Positions 14,132 through 29,205 of a DNA stretch of 64,000 nt are shown here, in pieces. How positions within the stretch are numbered: the first letter of the stretch is position 1; every line of letters starts with the position of its first letter. The notes below the pieces were generated by a model that saw only the letters and a program-made list of their open reading frames with translations, ran no database searches and was not told where the DNA came from. The position numbers and the translations under genes are program-made. The DNA comes from the human T2T-CHM13v2.0 reference genome, Homo sapiens: assembly GCF_009914755.1 (NCBI RefSeq), contig NC_060927.1, one strand, 5' to 3'.

Positions 14132-15437
14132 GGTATACATGTGCCATGGTGGAAAACCTGATATATTTCTAAAGCAAATATTTTAATAGGTATTTTATTA
14201 ACAGGTTTAAATTCATCATATCTGATAAGGCATAAGATTCTATTTGTCCACAGACTCAAAACAAGCTGACAAAATTTAAATCGAGATATGGAAAAGAAAC
14301 AGTGTGATGCACAGTTTAATATGAACTGCAAACACACATTCGGCAAAGGTGATCAAACATTAACTAAGGTCACTGTATCAGGCACACAAACTCTATGTTT
14401 ATCTCATACCCAACAACCTTTCCTTTTCAAATGTACTAATCCTCACATAAAATTCTCAAATGTCAGCCTCCTTCAAACATTCCCAAACTCTTTGATTCAC
14501 AGTGGAGCACTACTCTTCATCAGCACTTAGCCACTTCATTTCTGCAGCGTTTTTGAGTTTAATATAAATTTTCCTTAAACATGGCTGAAAAGGTTCCAAT
14601 TTAGTATGTAGGGCCTTCCATTTTTCAGGAAGATTCCAATGTGCTAAAGAGTTTGGTTTGCACTTGGGCCAATCCCTGCCACACCCAGACAAGCAGTGAG
14701 GCAAGATGTCTGGCAAATGCAATAGGCGAGGCTAATATACAAAGGCTAATATAAAGTCAGTACTAGCCCATATGGCAGATATCAATCCCATCCCATCTGA
14801 AAGGATATCCTCGGGTCAAAACAGTTGTTAAATATCTGGAATATCACCACTTTGGAGCAAGGAAACATCCTTCCTCATCATATGATGTCATTTAATTACT
14901 TTGTATCATGCAGAATGTATAAGAAATTATAATGCAAAGGCTTATAAAGATTGAAGTTTGGCTACTTAACTTGTATCAAGGAAGAATCTTGTCATAAAGT
15001 ATAGAGCTGGAATTTCCTATGGCATTGTTCTTACCCAGGATTATGAGAGAACCACTCAGTGTCTGGGGGGTGACTGACAGTAGTCCTTTCTGACATATTG
15101 CCCTGTGCTGTTTGATTTTCTCTCTTCCCCTCCAGATAATTCTTCCTCCTCTCAGTTGGGTGCAAAGGAATCACCCTTCTTCAACTTCTACTGGCAGCTA
15201 GTACCCTGGGAAGGACCTTAGTAAGACACTTCCCCTCCCTATCACTATTACCTTGGGGAAACTACTCTTAACACATATTAGTTTAGCTTAGGTGTGGTTT
15301 TCAAGAACAATCTCTAAAGTATATCAGAGTGCCACTAAATTCAGAACCAATGGAATACTAATACCTCATTATTTAAACAAACATAGTGCTCAATCATGTA
15401 TATCTAGCTTTCTGGAAATTAGAAAATAAATCAAATA

Positions 15438-15774
15438 CAGTCATTTGTTCATTACTTAAAAATGGGGATACATTCTGAGAAATGTGTCATTAGGTAATAT
15501 CATTATGGTGTAAACATTATAGAATATACTTATGCCGGCCTACATGGCATAGCCTACTACACACCTTGGCTGTATGGTATAACTTATTGTTCCTAGACTA
15601 CAAACCTGTATGACATGTTATTGTAATGAATACTGTAAGCAGCTGTATCACAATGGAATATCTGAGTATCTAAACATTAAAAAGGTGAAGTCAAAGTAAA
15701 GTATTATAATCCTATGGGACCACCTTTGTACACGCAGTCCCTCATCAACCAAAATGTCATGCAGCATATGACTA
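15438..15774. mobile_element. Tigger3a/MER7-like DNA transposon
   Basis: TA|CAGTCAT...ATGACT termini; internal ttctgagaaatgtgtcattagg, agcctactacacacc, tataatcctatgggaccacc. Confidence 0.8.
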
Positions 15775-17636
15775 AGACCTAGAGCTTCACTTACTAAATT
15801 GTTATTTAAGGGATTTATGGGAGAAAATAGTTTTATTATCAAAAAACTGTGGTTTTAAATAAAAGTATGTGTCTTTATTTCTAAAACAGTATTTACATTA
15901 TGGTACTTTCTATGTAACAAAGGGGATGATAAATGGATATACCTCATTGCTTGTAATTTTAACAATGTTTCATCAAGAAACAGTATTTATACTATGATTC
16001 TTCTCATGTAAGAAAGGGATTGATAAATATTCTTGTTTATGATTTCCAAAAGCACAAAATACAGCAAAGAATGCATAGAAATTATTCTGAATATGAGAAG
16101 AAAATGCACAGATTAGTAGTCTTCCAGGATTGTACTCATTATATTTTGACTACAAAACCATGTAAATAATTCATAAAATGGGAAAACTTAATAAGTTAAA
16201 AAGAAGAAAAAATAAGAAAAGCCCTTAAAATATAAATATGTGGGAATAAATGAATGTAATTGCATATCAATAGTAGCATATCAGGCAATCTGACTCTAGA
16301 CTGAATATAAAGAAAGTATTGATAATTTTAATAAGGATGATAAGAGTTATTATGTTACCAAAAACATCTACTGATAGTAGGAATTCCACAAAAAAGTATT
16401 AATGACGAAATTGTACATTGCCTGAAGTTTGGTTTAAATTATGAAAAGCAAAACAACTAATGTACATCGGGCAAGGGAACAGATGAAACAACACTAGCTA
16501 AATATTGATAAGTGTCAAAGCTGGGTGAAAAGAATATAGAACCTTATCTCTATTATTCTACAGAGTAAAATATTTCTGTAATAAAAAAATAAAAATGAAT
16601 GTTATGAGGTCTCTGTGCACAAATAGGTGTCCAAATCTCTTTTCTTGCTATCAATTATAAAAAGTGATATTATAAAGCACAGGGCATAAGGTTTAATACA
16701 CTTATGGTTCTGAATACAGATTAACAAACTACTTTCTGGATAGGTAGTTTCCATTCATACTCCAATCAGCTGGATATGAGGATATTCAACCACCCATAAC
16801 CTCATCAACTCTGGGAATTATCATCTTAATAACAGGGTATGCCTGCCTTGATCAATCAGGGTTCACTAAGAGAATTAAGCCCTAATGTGTTAAGAATCCA
16901 TTGTATGCAATAAATTAACTTCCCTTCAGTGCATCTAGAATTGTATTAGTTACATATGGTCCTTGGGATAATTTGGAAAATAGGCACTCAAATAATTTTC
17001 TGTGTTCTGTGGATCAGATGCAGAATCTTTCATTATTGTTCTAGCTGTAACCAATAGCTTTCGATACAGTTTTCATTTCTTTTCAAAACAGACTATAATT
17101 GTAACTCTGATTATTCTCTCCAATGCTATTGTTGCTTGTGAAAAACTGTATGGTGGGTATTATATTTTCCTTAAGATTTTTTCATTAATTTCCAGTTTTA
17201 TTGAAATGAAGTTCGTCAGGAGGCTTACTTTGTAGCTCAATACAGGGGCAATCAAACTATTTACTTATTTACCAACCTATTTACTTGCAGGAGTAGAAAC
17301 CATTCAATTATCTCAAAATAGATTTTATGGAGAACTCCAACACTAAAACTATGCAAAGCATATAAAAACAGAGCTGATCTGGCTGAAATGCCTCTATCTG
17401 GCCGCGCTTTCTCCTCATTTCTTACCCTCCCTCTCAGAGCCCACCACATGGAACTCAGTTCTAAAAAGTGCTCCAGTGTATAATCTATCTTTGTAGACGT
17501 TCCACAGATCCTTGAAAATATGTAATTTCATTTCATTCAAATTCTCCATTTATTTTCAGTTTACTTGACCGGCTGCAAGCTAACAGTATATTAAATACTA
17601 CCATGACAAGTGAGTTTGAAATGTTACCCAATTTTC

Positions 17637-18006
<370 letters not shown>

Positions 18007-18065
18007 CTAAGGATAATGACATTTATCTTTGCTGTGACTTGCATTATTGATCTCTTTTTACCTAG

Positions 18066-18432
18066 TATTATGGACTGAAAGTTTGTATGCCCCCCAAATT
18101 CATGTTAAAATCCTAACCCCAAATGTGGTAATATTTGGAGATAGGGACTTTCAGAAGGAATTAAATCATGAAGGAAAGCCCTCATGAATGGGATTAGTAC
18201 CTGTATTAAAGGAATCCCAGAGAGCTCTCTTTCTGTCTCTTGGTCATGTGAGAATACACTGTGAGAAGACAACAGTTTGCAACGCCAGAGAGGGCTCACA
18301 CCAGAACCCAACCATGATGGCACCCTGATCGCAGGCTTCCAGCCTCCAGAACTGCAAGAAATAAACGTCTGTTGTTTAGAAGCCATCCAGTCTGTGCTAC
18401 TTTGTTGTAACAGCCCAAATCCACTCAGATAC
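18066..18432 (+). mobile_element. MLT1A-like MaLR solo LTR
   Basis: tattatggactgaa...ccccaaattcatgtt...ccctcatgaatgggattagt...ttccagcctccagaactg..gaaataaa. Confidence 0.85.
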
Positions 18433-19049
18433 TTGGGTTTGGTTTTGGTCTGAACCTGACTATCCTTTCATTTTGTAATCTCTCAGTAACAGTAAACCAG
18501 AGGAAAACTAATGATTACAGCTGGAAAGTGAGACATTATTTGCTTAGAAAGAACACAGAAAGGATAAAGCATGAAGGAGAAGAAATTGTAAGAGAATTGT
18601 GAATGCCATATGGTCTATAACCAGAAGTAGCAACAGTCATCCTATGGGCCAAGAATGGCTCTCAAGTATGTTTTCAGTAGCTAGCTAGCTATCCATTTCA
18701 ACAAACATTTGGGGGCCAGTAGGGGGGCTCTTTTTAGACAGGGAGCACACTGTAGTTCCCTGTTACATGCCATATCACTATCAACTGCAACTTAACTGAT
18801 TCATCACTTCCTTGGTTTCAGCATGTATTTGAGGTTAGTGACTCTCCTCTATACCCTAAAACACAATCTTCTATCTTAAGATATCCCACCTGACCCAGTC
18901 CATGGTGTGGGAGCATGGCAATGGTTTACAGCAATCAAGAAAGCACCTACATAGGTCTCCCTCCTAACCCTATAGCCACTTATGAAAATATACCAATAAA
19001 GTTAAAATAATGGTTTCTAATATAGCTAGCAATGTAACAGATAAAAACT

Positions 19050-20695
<1,646 letters not shown>

Positions 20696-21735
20696 AACTT
20701 TTTTTAAAAGTCAGGTAGCCTTTATTCATTCACTTCTACTGAGCTTTTGCCCTAGAATAAAATCAGGTTCTGTTGGAGATACCGTAAAGGAAAAGACCAC
20801 ATAGTGAGATATATAAAAATTTAATGCTGAATAGTTAGCTTGCTCAATAAGTAGAATAAAGACTCAGGATGGATAGCTGAAGACTCTATGAAGAAAAAAT
20901 GATTAAAAATTTTCAAGGCTTTTGCCAAGGTAGAACAACTTAACAACATTCAAAGCTATAAACAACAGGCTTTTTACTCAAATGAAAATAGGTATCCTCT
21001 TCTCAAACCCAGATTAATTAGTGGTGGCTTCAGAGGTGATTACCAACTTAAGCAAACTAGGCTAATGATGATGATGTAAGAACTTATCTTTTACTCTGAA
21101 TGAGACCTATAAGGAACACAGATCTGAAACTTTCACATGGCTCCTAAATGTTTTGCTATCCAGACACATGTTTGGTAACCAATGCCCTATGTTATTATTT
21201 AAGAAACCTGACAAAGAATTGAGGGAGGGATTTTCTTTCATTTTCCATATACATTTCATATATATTTGAGGAAGGAGAGCTGTGAACAACTTTATATCAA
21301 ATAATATACTCCCTTTAAAAAAATAATTTGAGCAAAGGCCATCTCAAAACTAATGATATAGAAATGAAGAGTCTTATTATGATAGAAATAACAAAATCAT
21401 TACAACAACAAAAAAAATAGGAAGACTTGGTGACACTGATTCCAGTAGCAGTAGTTATGGATTGTCCTTAGTGCTTGACATTCGACATCTAATTCGATTA
21501 CCTCAAATGTCCTATAAAGTATCACAATTTTCATTTGATGGATGAGAAAATACACTCCAAGAGGGAGAGTAACAAAGACCAAATCACAGAGCTACTACAT
21601 GACAGGGCCAGTATTTGAATCATGTTAGTCTGACTCCTGCTTCTGTCTGTGTGTGCTCTTACCCTCTATGACACGTATACAACAATCTAGATTCAGCCCA
21701 GCATCTATCTACTGGGTAGAAATGTGGATAATACC

Positions 21736-22091
21736 TGTCTTAGACAACTCAGGCTGCTATAACAAATACCACAGACTGGGTCACTTAAACAAAAAACATT
21801 TATTTTTCACAGTTCTGAAGGCTTTGGAAGTCTAAGATCAGGGTGGCAGCACGGTCCAATTCTTGATAGCTCTCTTCCCAACTTGCAGAGTACTGTCTCC
21901 ATGTTGTCTCACATGGTGGAAACAGGAATCCTCTCTCTGGGGTCTCTTACATGGGCACTAATCCCATTCATGAGGGCTCTCCCGTCAAGATCTAATTACC
22001 TCCCAAAGCCCCCGCCTGCAAATACCATCACATTGGAGATTAGGGCTCAACATATGAATTTTGAGGAGACGCAAACACTCAGTCCACAGCA
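21736..22091 (-). mobile_element. MLT1A-like MaLR solo LTR
   Basis: tgtcttag..caggctgctataacaaataccacagactggg ... ctaatcccattcatgaggg ... cagtccacagca. Confidence 0.85.
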
Positions 22092-22809
22092 GAAATTTAA
22101 CTAGATTTTATGTTTGCCCTCTCAATTAAAGCCATCCTGGAATCTCATGCTTTAGCAATCAAAATTTCTCTATGGAATTTTTTTTTCATAGAAAAGCTCA
22201 CTAGTACATTTTTGCAAGCCCTGAAAACATTAGGCATGTCAATATAGCAGCTACACCAGAACTAAAGCTACATCAGTCTGTGAAAACAGAGGATCCCCTC
22301 AACCACACTGCTGCGATAAGTCACCATCCCCAGCCAAGTAAGTGACAGAGCATGACTCAGGCTACTCTCTCGATATTCAACCTTAAATGACAACAAAGTG
22401 TTCTGTTAATGATTACAACATGCCTAGCATTAACCTTGGTGTTATAGCCTTGTGGAGGATAACAACAAAAGTATCATAAAAGAGAATGACAGCAAGCCAG
22501 AGAGACACATAGAGTAAGAAAATAATAAAAATCATGCATTGTACCAAGTAGCTTCCAGTATCTCCACAGAGAGGTAAACTTGTATACTCTACTTCCTTGC
22601 AGCAGCAGCTTTTCTATTTCACAGAGAAAACGGGAGCCAGCAGACAAGAACTCCCTCAGCTTTCCACTCTCAAACCTATGCACTGATAAGTGCAGGCACC
22701 TTTACCTCCTCTCCTTCAGTCCGTGAGAAAGACAAGTTTTTTGTTGTTGTTGTTGTTGTTGTTTTGTTTTTGTTTGTTTTTCTCTTGTTCAAGGCTAATT
22801 CCTTGATTC

Positions 22810-23200
<391 letters not shown>

Positions 23201-23899
23201 TAGGATGAATTGATGCACTGGCTGAAAGAACATTAACAACAATGAAGAAAACCTCTCTTTTTGATCCAAGTCATTCTCTGGCTATCCTACCATTGATAGA
23301 CCAATTTCCTAACTGCCATCTCTACTTCCTCATATCTCTTCAGCTGCTAAAATGTGTCTGAAATACTCTGGCAAAGGTCACCACAGACTTGAAAATTTCG
23401 AGTCCCAACAGTTCTCTCCAGACTTCAAGTGGCATGCATTTTCACTGGCATTGGAAACTCCTGGTTCCCCCTCCTTGGGCTTCAGTGATACCCATCTCAA
23501 CTGGTTCTCTCAAACCACAACAATGAAGATGGGGATGAAAACGAAGGAGTGCATTTGAAAGCTACTTCCTTGGTAAGACAATTGTTTGGTTATTAGGGGT
23601 GGCAGAGAAAAATAATGTTTCGCTTTTGTGGTTCTTTAAATGGGACAGAGAATATGAAAGTAAGAGAGAAGGGAATTTTAAGAAACTAGAAGTAGTCATC
23701 TACAGCATCTACTACAACATCTACTACTGCAGGAAGATAAAGGAAGAAAAGATACCTATATGGAGGCGGGAGGGAAGGAAGGTAAAATAGGGAATGCAGG
23801 TACATGGGGTCCTAACATCTACCATTATTTTTGTTTCTTATTGCAAAAGAAGGATGTATTCTGCATAGAAAAAATATATAGATAAATTTTAAAGACACT

Positions 23900-24205
<306 letters not shown>

Positions 24206-27145
24206 TTTAAAAACACTAAAACATACGCAAACCACATCCACCTCTACATTATTAATGCCTTAGTATAAAATCTTCTCATTCTTATTACGTAGGTATTTAT
24301 ATGCATATGCATGTGTCTATATAGTATAAAATATATATAAAAGTATATACATACACTTTTTTAACTTACAATTTTGTAACCTTTTGTCACATACTACACG
24401 GTCAGCATCACCCATATTAATACATATTCATTTATTACAGTATTTCCCCAACCTGGTTATCTTTAAAAGTTCGAAAACAATAAATACTCTACTATAGATC
24501 CGTCAATCAGATCCAGGAGTGGATCTTTACTTTTATAAGCTCCCTACATGTTTGCTATGCACACACAGGTTTTCTAACCGATAGTCTATGGTATCATTCT
24601 AGAAATCTGACAGAGAAATGAAAGAGGTATGTCTTTCGTTCTAATATATTTAAGGAAGAAGAATGATGAACAACTTTATATGCAGAGGGAAAGAAAGCAG
24701 CAGATGGAGAGGCTGAGGGGAAAAGAAGAGGCAAACAGATGTACAATATTAAGGACGCAAAAGAAAATGGGATTCAAAGTATGGATCTGTGACAGCAATT
24801 TCTTCTACCAACTTTTGAAAGCACATGGAAAAGATAAATATATAGAGATATTTTTAAGAAAATGATTGGGAAGTCGAAAATTTTCCTTTCTGGTGGCTTC
24901 TCTTTTCTCTGAAAAGTCAAGGCAACTATTACGTGAATGAAAAATGAGGAGGTAGTAAAATAACAGATTCTGAGGAGAGCAGTGAAACTGAAATAGCTAC
25001 CATGGAGAATGTAAGAAAGAGCAGGCTCGGGGTGTGCAAATGATTTCTGTGGAATGTTGATGGCCATGATTCCGTAGAAGCAGCAGTTCACATCTCTATG
25101 TGATTTTCCTCACTGTTCCCAAAAGCTATGCAAAAGCAGAGAAAAAATTAGACTTTACAGATTTACAAGGTGAGCACGGTGGAAGCTCAAGGTTCAAAAG
25201 AGATGAAACGTTGAAAAAGAGATCAAGGAGTCTGGAGTAGCATCAAAGAAAAGTAGTCACGTCACAAAACATCGTAGATCGAGACGCCCCATTCAGTCTG
25301 GAGTATTTAGCATCATGGAGTTTAAAACAGAAAAATTCTGCCACAGCAATCTTTATACCTTTTACACAATAAAGTTTGATAATGCTTTCCAAAAATTCTG
25401 CTCATCACTCACCAGCAGCTTCATTCCACACCAAAAAATCTTGCTTGCTACCCCATCACCTTTCCTAAGCATATCAAAACCTCTAAAAAGCAGAGCCATT
25501 CTAACAGATCTGCAGATGCATGAGTGGAAAATAAATGCTTACTATTGTTACACAAAGTATGGAAATAGTGTGCTACTCCGCACTACAGTGGATATAGCTG
25601 ACTGGTGCACCAATTAAGAGTGATAACTCCCTCTGAACTCCCACAAGTAGCCTAAACCTACATCTACCATAGCACTTACTAACTACACTTAATACATTTG
25701 CTTATACATAGCACTTACTAATTTGTCTATATTGATTTGTTCTTCCCTTGACTGCCAGCTTTCTGAAGGTAGGGATCAAGTTTTATTCTTCTTTGTACCC
25801 CAACGCCTAACACAGAATCACCCACAGAATAAGTACTCAACAAGGATTTACTAAAAGAAATTTTCACCTTTTTATGCCAAATGAAGATGATATTAAGTTA
25901 ACTTGGCAACTGAACAGGTAATAAAGAATACAATTAACCCAAAAAAACATTTATTTTTAGTTTTGCAAATAAGCATAAATAGTATTCTTTTAATAAGACT
26001 CCATTATATACTAAGATTATATTAATAAGAATTATACCTGTGTTTAGCAAATAATATAAATGATTAAAATGCACAAAAGATTTAGGTGGTTCCTTTTGTT
26101 AATCTTTTCAATTACTATGGGTCACTAACCAATTGTGTAGACCAAGATTTAAAAGCAAAATTACAGTAATTTCAAAAAACATGAATGACATGAATGTATT
26201 TACTTGTATTTTAAAACAGATCTTAATTTTCTCTTTTATGTCCTAAATGCCAAAAATATTATATATACTATATATATTTAATGCTATATGTAAATTACAC
26301 AGGCAATTACTATTATGTATATAAACTATATCCATTCAACATATTAAATATCACCATTTAAAAAAAGGAATATTCTAAAATGTTCAATAGGCTATTAATC
26401 TAAAAATTCACAAAATGCCAAATTATCTATGCCCAAACACTAGTAGCATCTAAAATAAACCTCTATATGTGATTTCTACATTTATAAGACATATAGGACA
26501 TAATTTATTAGACTATGTTCCTTTTTTTCTGAAATCTAAAATCCAAGAAAATTGAATCACTTTTAAATGAACCAATGTGTTTATTAGATCTGTAGGGTGT
26601 AAGAAAACTTCAATTGCTACTCTATGTCATGCTGATACAGGCATAAACTCTCAGGTTAAACTTCTCTCTTTGTAGTACAAGTTTCAATTTGGATTTTAAA
26701 AAGCTTGAGGCCATCAATTTTCACATCTTTCCTCACTCCCATTTCAGAAATCAGGGACCCAAGTTTAGGAAAATACTGGCAAGTTATATGGAGGCTTAAC
26801 ATGTTCAAGAATGAATCTGACTGCCATTAGGGCAATTCCGTTAAAATAAAGAACATTTAATCCACCAACAATTGTCATGTTTTCTGTCTTTAATGTAAGA
26901 ACCATTTGTTTAAAGTCAAACAAAGTAAATAGTCATGTTTTTTATTAACTACTGATTAGATTTTAAGAACTCTTAAATTTGAAACAAAATCATTAAAATG
27001 TTTTTGTCACTTTTAACTACTTCATAAAATAGCCCGCAAGGCCCTGCGTTATCATCTCACACACAGCCTCCCATCACTAGCGGGCGAGTCCACTCCACCA
27101 TTTTGAACTAAGCCTCTTCCAGCCTCTCTTGATCATTGGCCATAT

Positions 27146-27479
27146 TGAGATAGCCAGGAGGGAAGGGGTGCCCAGAGAAACTCCAACCAGTCTGGGCCCC
27201 GGGAGAGGTATGCTCTGTGGCATGTTTGGCTGGGAAGTTAGTGTTGTTTGCAGTGGGGAGGAGCCCGGCCCCTCCTCTTCCTGGGTGGAACCAGGGATTC
27301 AATTCAAAGCACACCAGCGGGGATTCTAGCTTTGTGGAGGATCCCTATTTCCCATTTTTTCCCTTTTCACCCAATAAAACTGTGCCTTACTCACCCTTCA
27401 AATTGTCTGTGAGCCTAATCTTCCGTGGCTGTGTGACAAGGCCCTGTATTTAGCTGAACTAAGGAAAAGTCATGCAACA
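27146..27479 (+). mobile_element. MER61-like ERV1 solo LTR
   Basis: TGAGATAGCCAGG.GGGAAGGGG..CC.GAGAAACTCCAACCAG start, CCCAATAAAA, ends GCTGAACTAAGGAAAAGTCATGCAACA; near-TSD atat/atag. Confidence 0.8.
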
Positions 27480-28911
27480 ATAGGTCCACTAACAAACATT
27501 ATAAATCTAATGCTCTAGCGACAGAGAACTATGTGCTTTATCTGTGCCTACCCCAGTTTCTAATGAGCACAGTAAGATCTTCACAACTATGAAGTCCTGC
27601 CAGAAATAATTGGGTCCTCCAGAAATGAAGTGGACTTAAGTTCTCTGACATCCACTAGACACTCAACACCAACCAAAGTCATATGTTCATCCCCTCAGCG
27701 CTAACACTGTGTGTGCATACTTCGTCTCTAAATTCCTCTTACTAAGCTTCGCAAAGAAATGAATAAACTATATCTCAGTTGTAACACTATCAACCAAATA
27801 AGACAGGAAGCACTAGATACAAAAATACCAACCAAAAAGTAGTAAGACAGATACTTGTCCAGCTCTGGTACTGGATCAGGCACACAGCAAACAATACATG
27901 TGCATTAAATAAACAGTTACCAGAACTACTCACTATTTTATAGTTACATGTACATGCCTGTTTAAAACTACAATAGTAAATTTTTCCAATATATTTATGA
28001 AACATTTGCTAATCAATTAATTGGGATATCATTAGCACTTATCCTAACAGAATGAATAACTCCAAGCCATTCCATAACAGCATCGTCACCATGAAACACA
28101 AATTTAAATGACGGAAATCCTCTTTTTTGCTGTTGTTGTTTAATAAAAGGGTTAAACCATTTATGACTGTCTTTATTTTGTTTCTATTTTATTCTACTTT
28201 TTATTGTCTTTATCATCTTGCTGTTTTCCTCATTGTTGTCTCATTTTATTTATGATTCCCTTTATTGTCTTGCTATATTATTGTCCTACGCTAGACATTA
28301 CTATTGTCTGTAAGCATGATTAAGTCCTACTAACACAAAGCAAAAATGAATTAGTAAAGAAACACAGTGAACATACTAGATTTTAGGAACTATGCTAACA
28401 GCTCTAGCATACAAAATTTCATTTTATCGTACTTCCTGTGGAGCACTGTACACAGGAAGCTCTTCCTATATGGCCGATGATGAAGGTGTAAAACAAAATA
28501 AAGTCCAGAGGAGGATAATCCATCTGCTTGCAACAAGGGACTCCAATTTTCTGTATGCCTAACATGACCATGCCTTCTTGTTCAGCCTCTGAAAGTGAAT
28601 GAATCTCGATCTTAAATGAGAAAAGATTAACAACTCTATAATGTTGCAATTTCCTTCCAGTTAATGATAATATATTTACAGGAGATTTCAATTTGTGATT
28701 CCTCACCCTGTGAAGAGGAAGAAAAAGGAGAACAAAAATGGACTATTTTATACAAAAGCTTTTCCTTTAAAAAATGAAATGAAAATTATAGTAAACGACT
28801 TAGCTTTTAACAATGTATTTTGGTTTAATATGTACAATTACTCTGAGATACTTTGTGCTAGTCAGCATGACCTAATCATAAAAAAAATAATAAAGTTTGA
28901 ATTCTAAAGTT

Positions 28912-29205
28912 GGTTGGATGCAGTGGCTCACACCTGTAGCCCAAGAAGGCCGAGGCAGGAGGAGGCCTTGGAGAGGGGATCACTTGAGCCCAGGAGTTCG
29001 ACACCAGCCTAGGCAACATACCAAGACACTCCTCTCTATAAAAAATAATAAAAATTAGTGGCGTATGATAGCACACGCCTGTAGTCTCAGCTACTCTGGA
29101 AGCTGAGGCAGAAGAACTGCTGGAACCCAGGAGTTGGAGGCCGCATTAAGCCATGATCATGTACACCTTCCTAGGTGACAGAGCAAGACCAGGTCTCAAA
29201 AATAA
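28912..29205 (+). mobile_element. AluJ
   Basis: GGATCACTTGAGCCCAGGAGTTCG, divergent dimer. Confidence 0.85.

Noticed and set aside
27070-27092. CTCF-like TCACTAGCGGGCGA (and CCAGTAGGGGGGC near 18716)
   Set aside because: Each mismatches key core positions; not supportable without ChIP data
28419-28706. 95-aa minus-strand ORF right after a strong acceptor
   Set aside because: Starts at GTG and is out of frame with GBE1 exon 2 (splicing gives an immediate TGA); no recognisable homology
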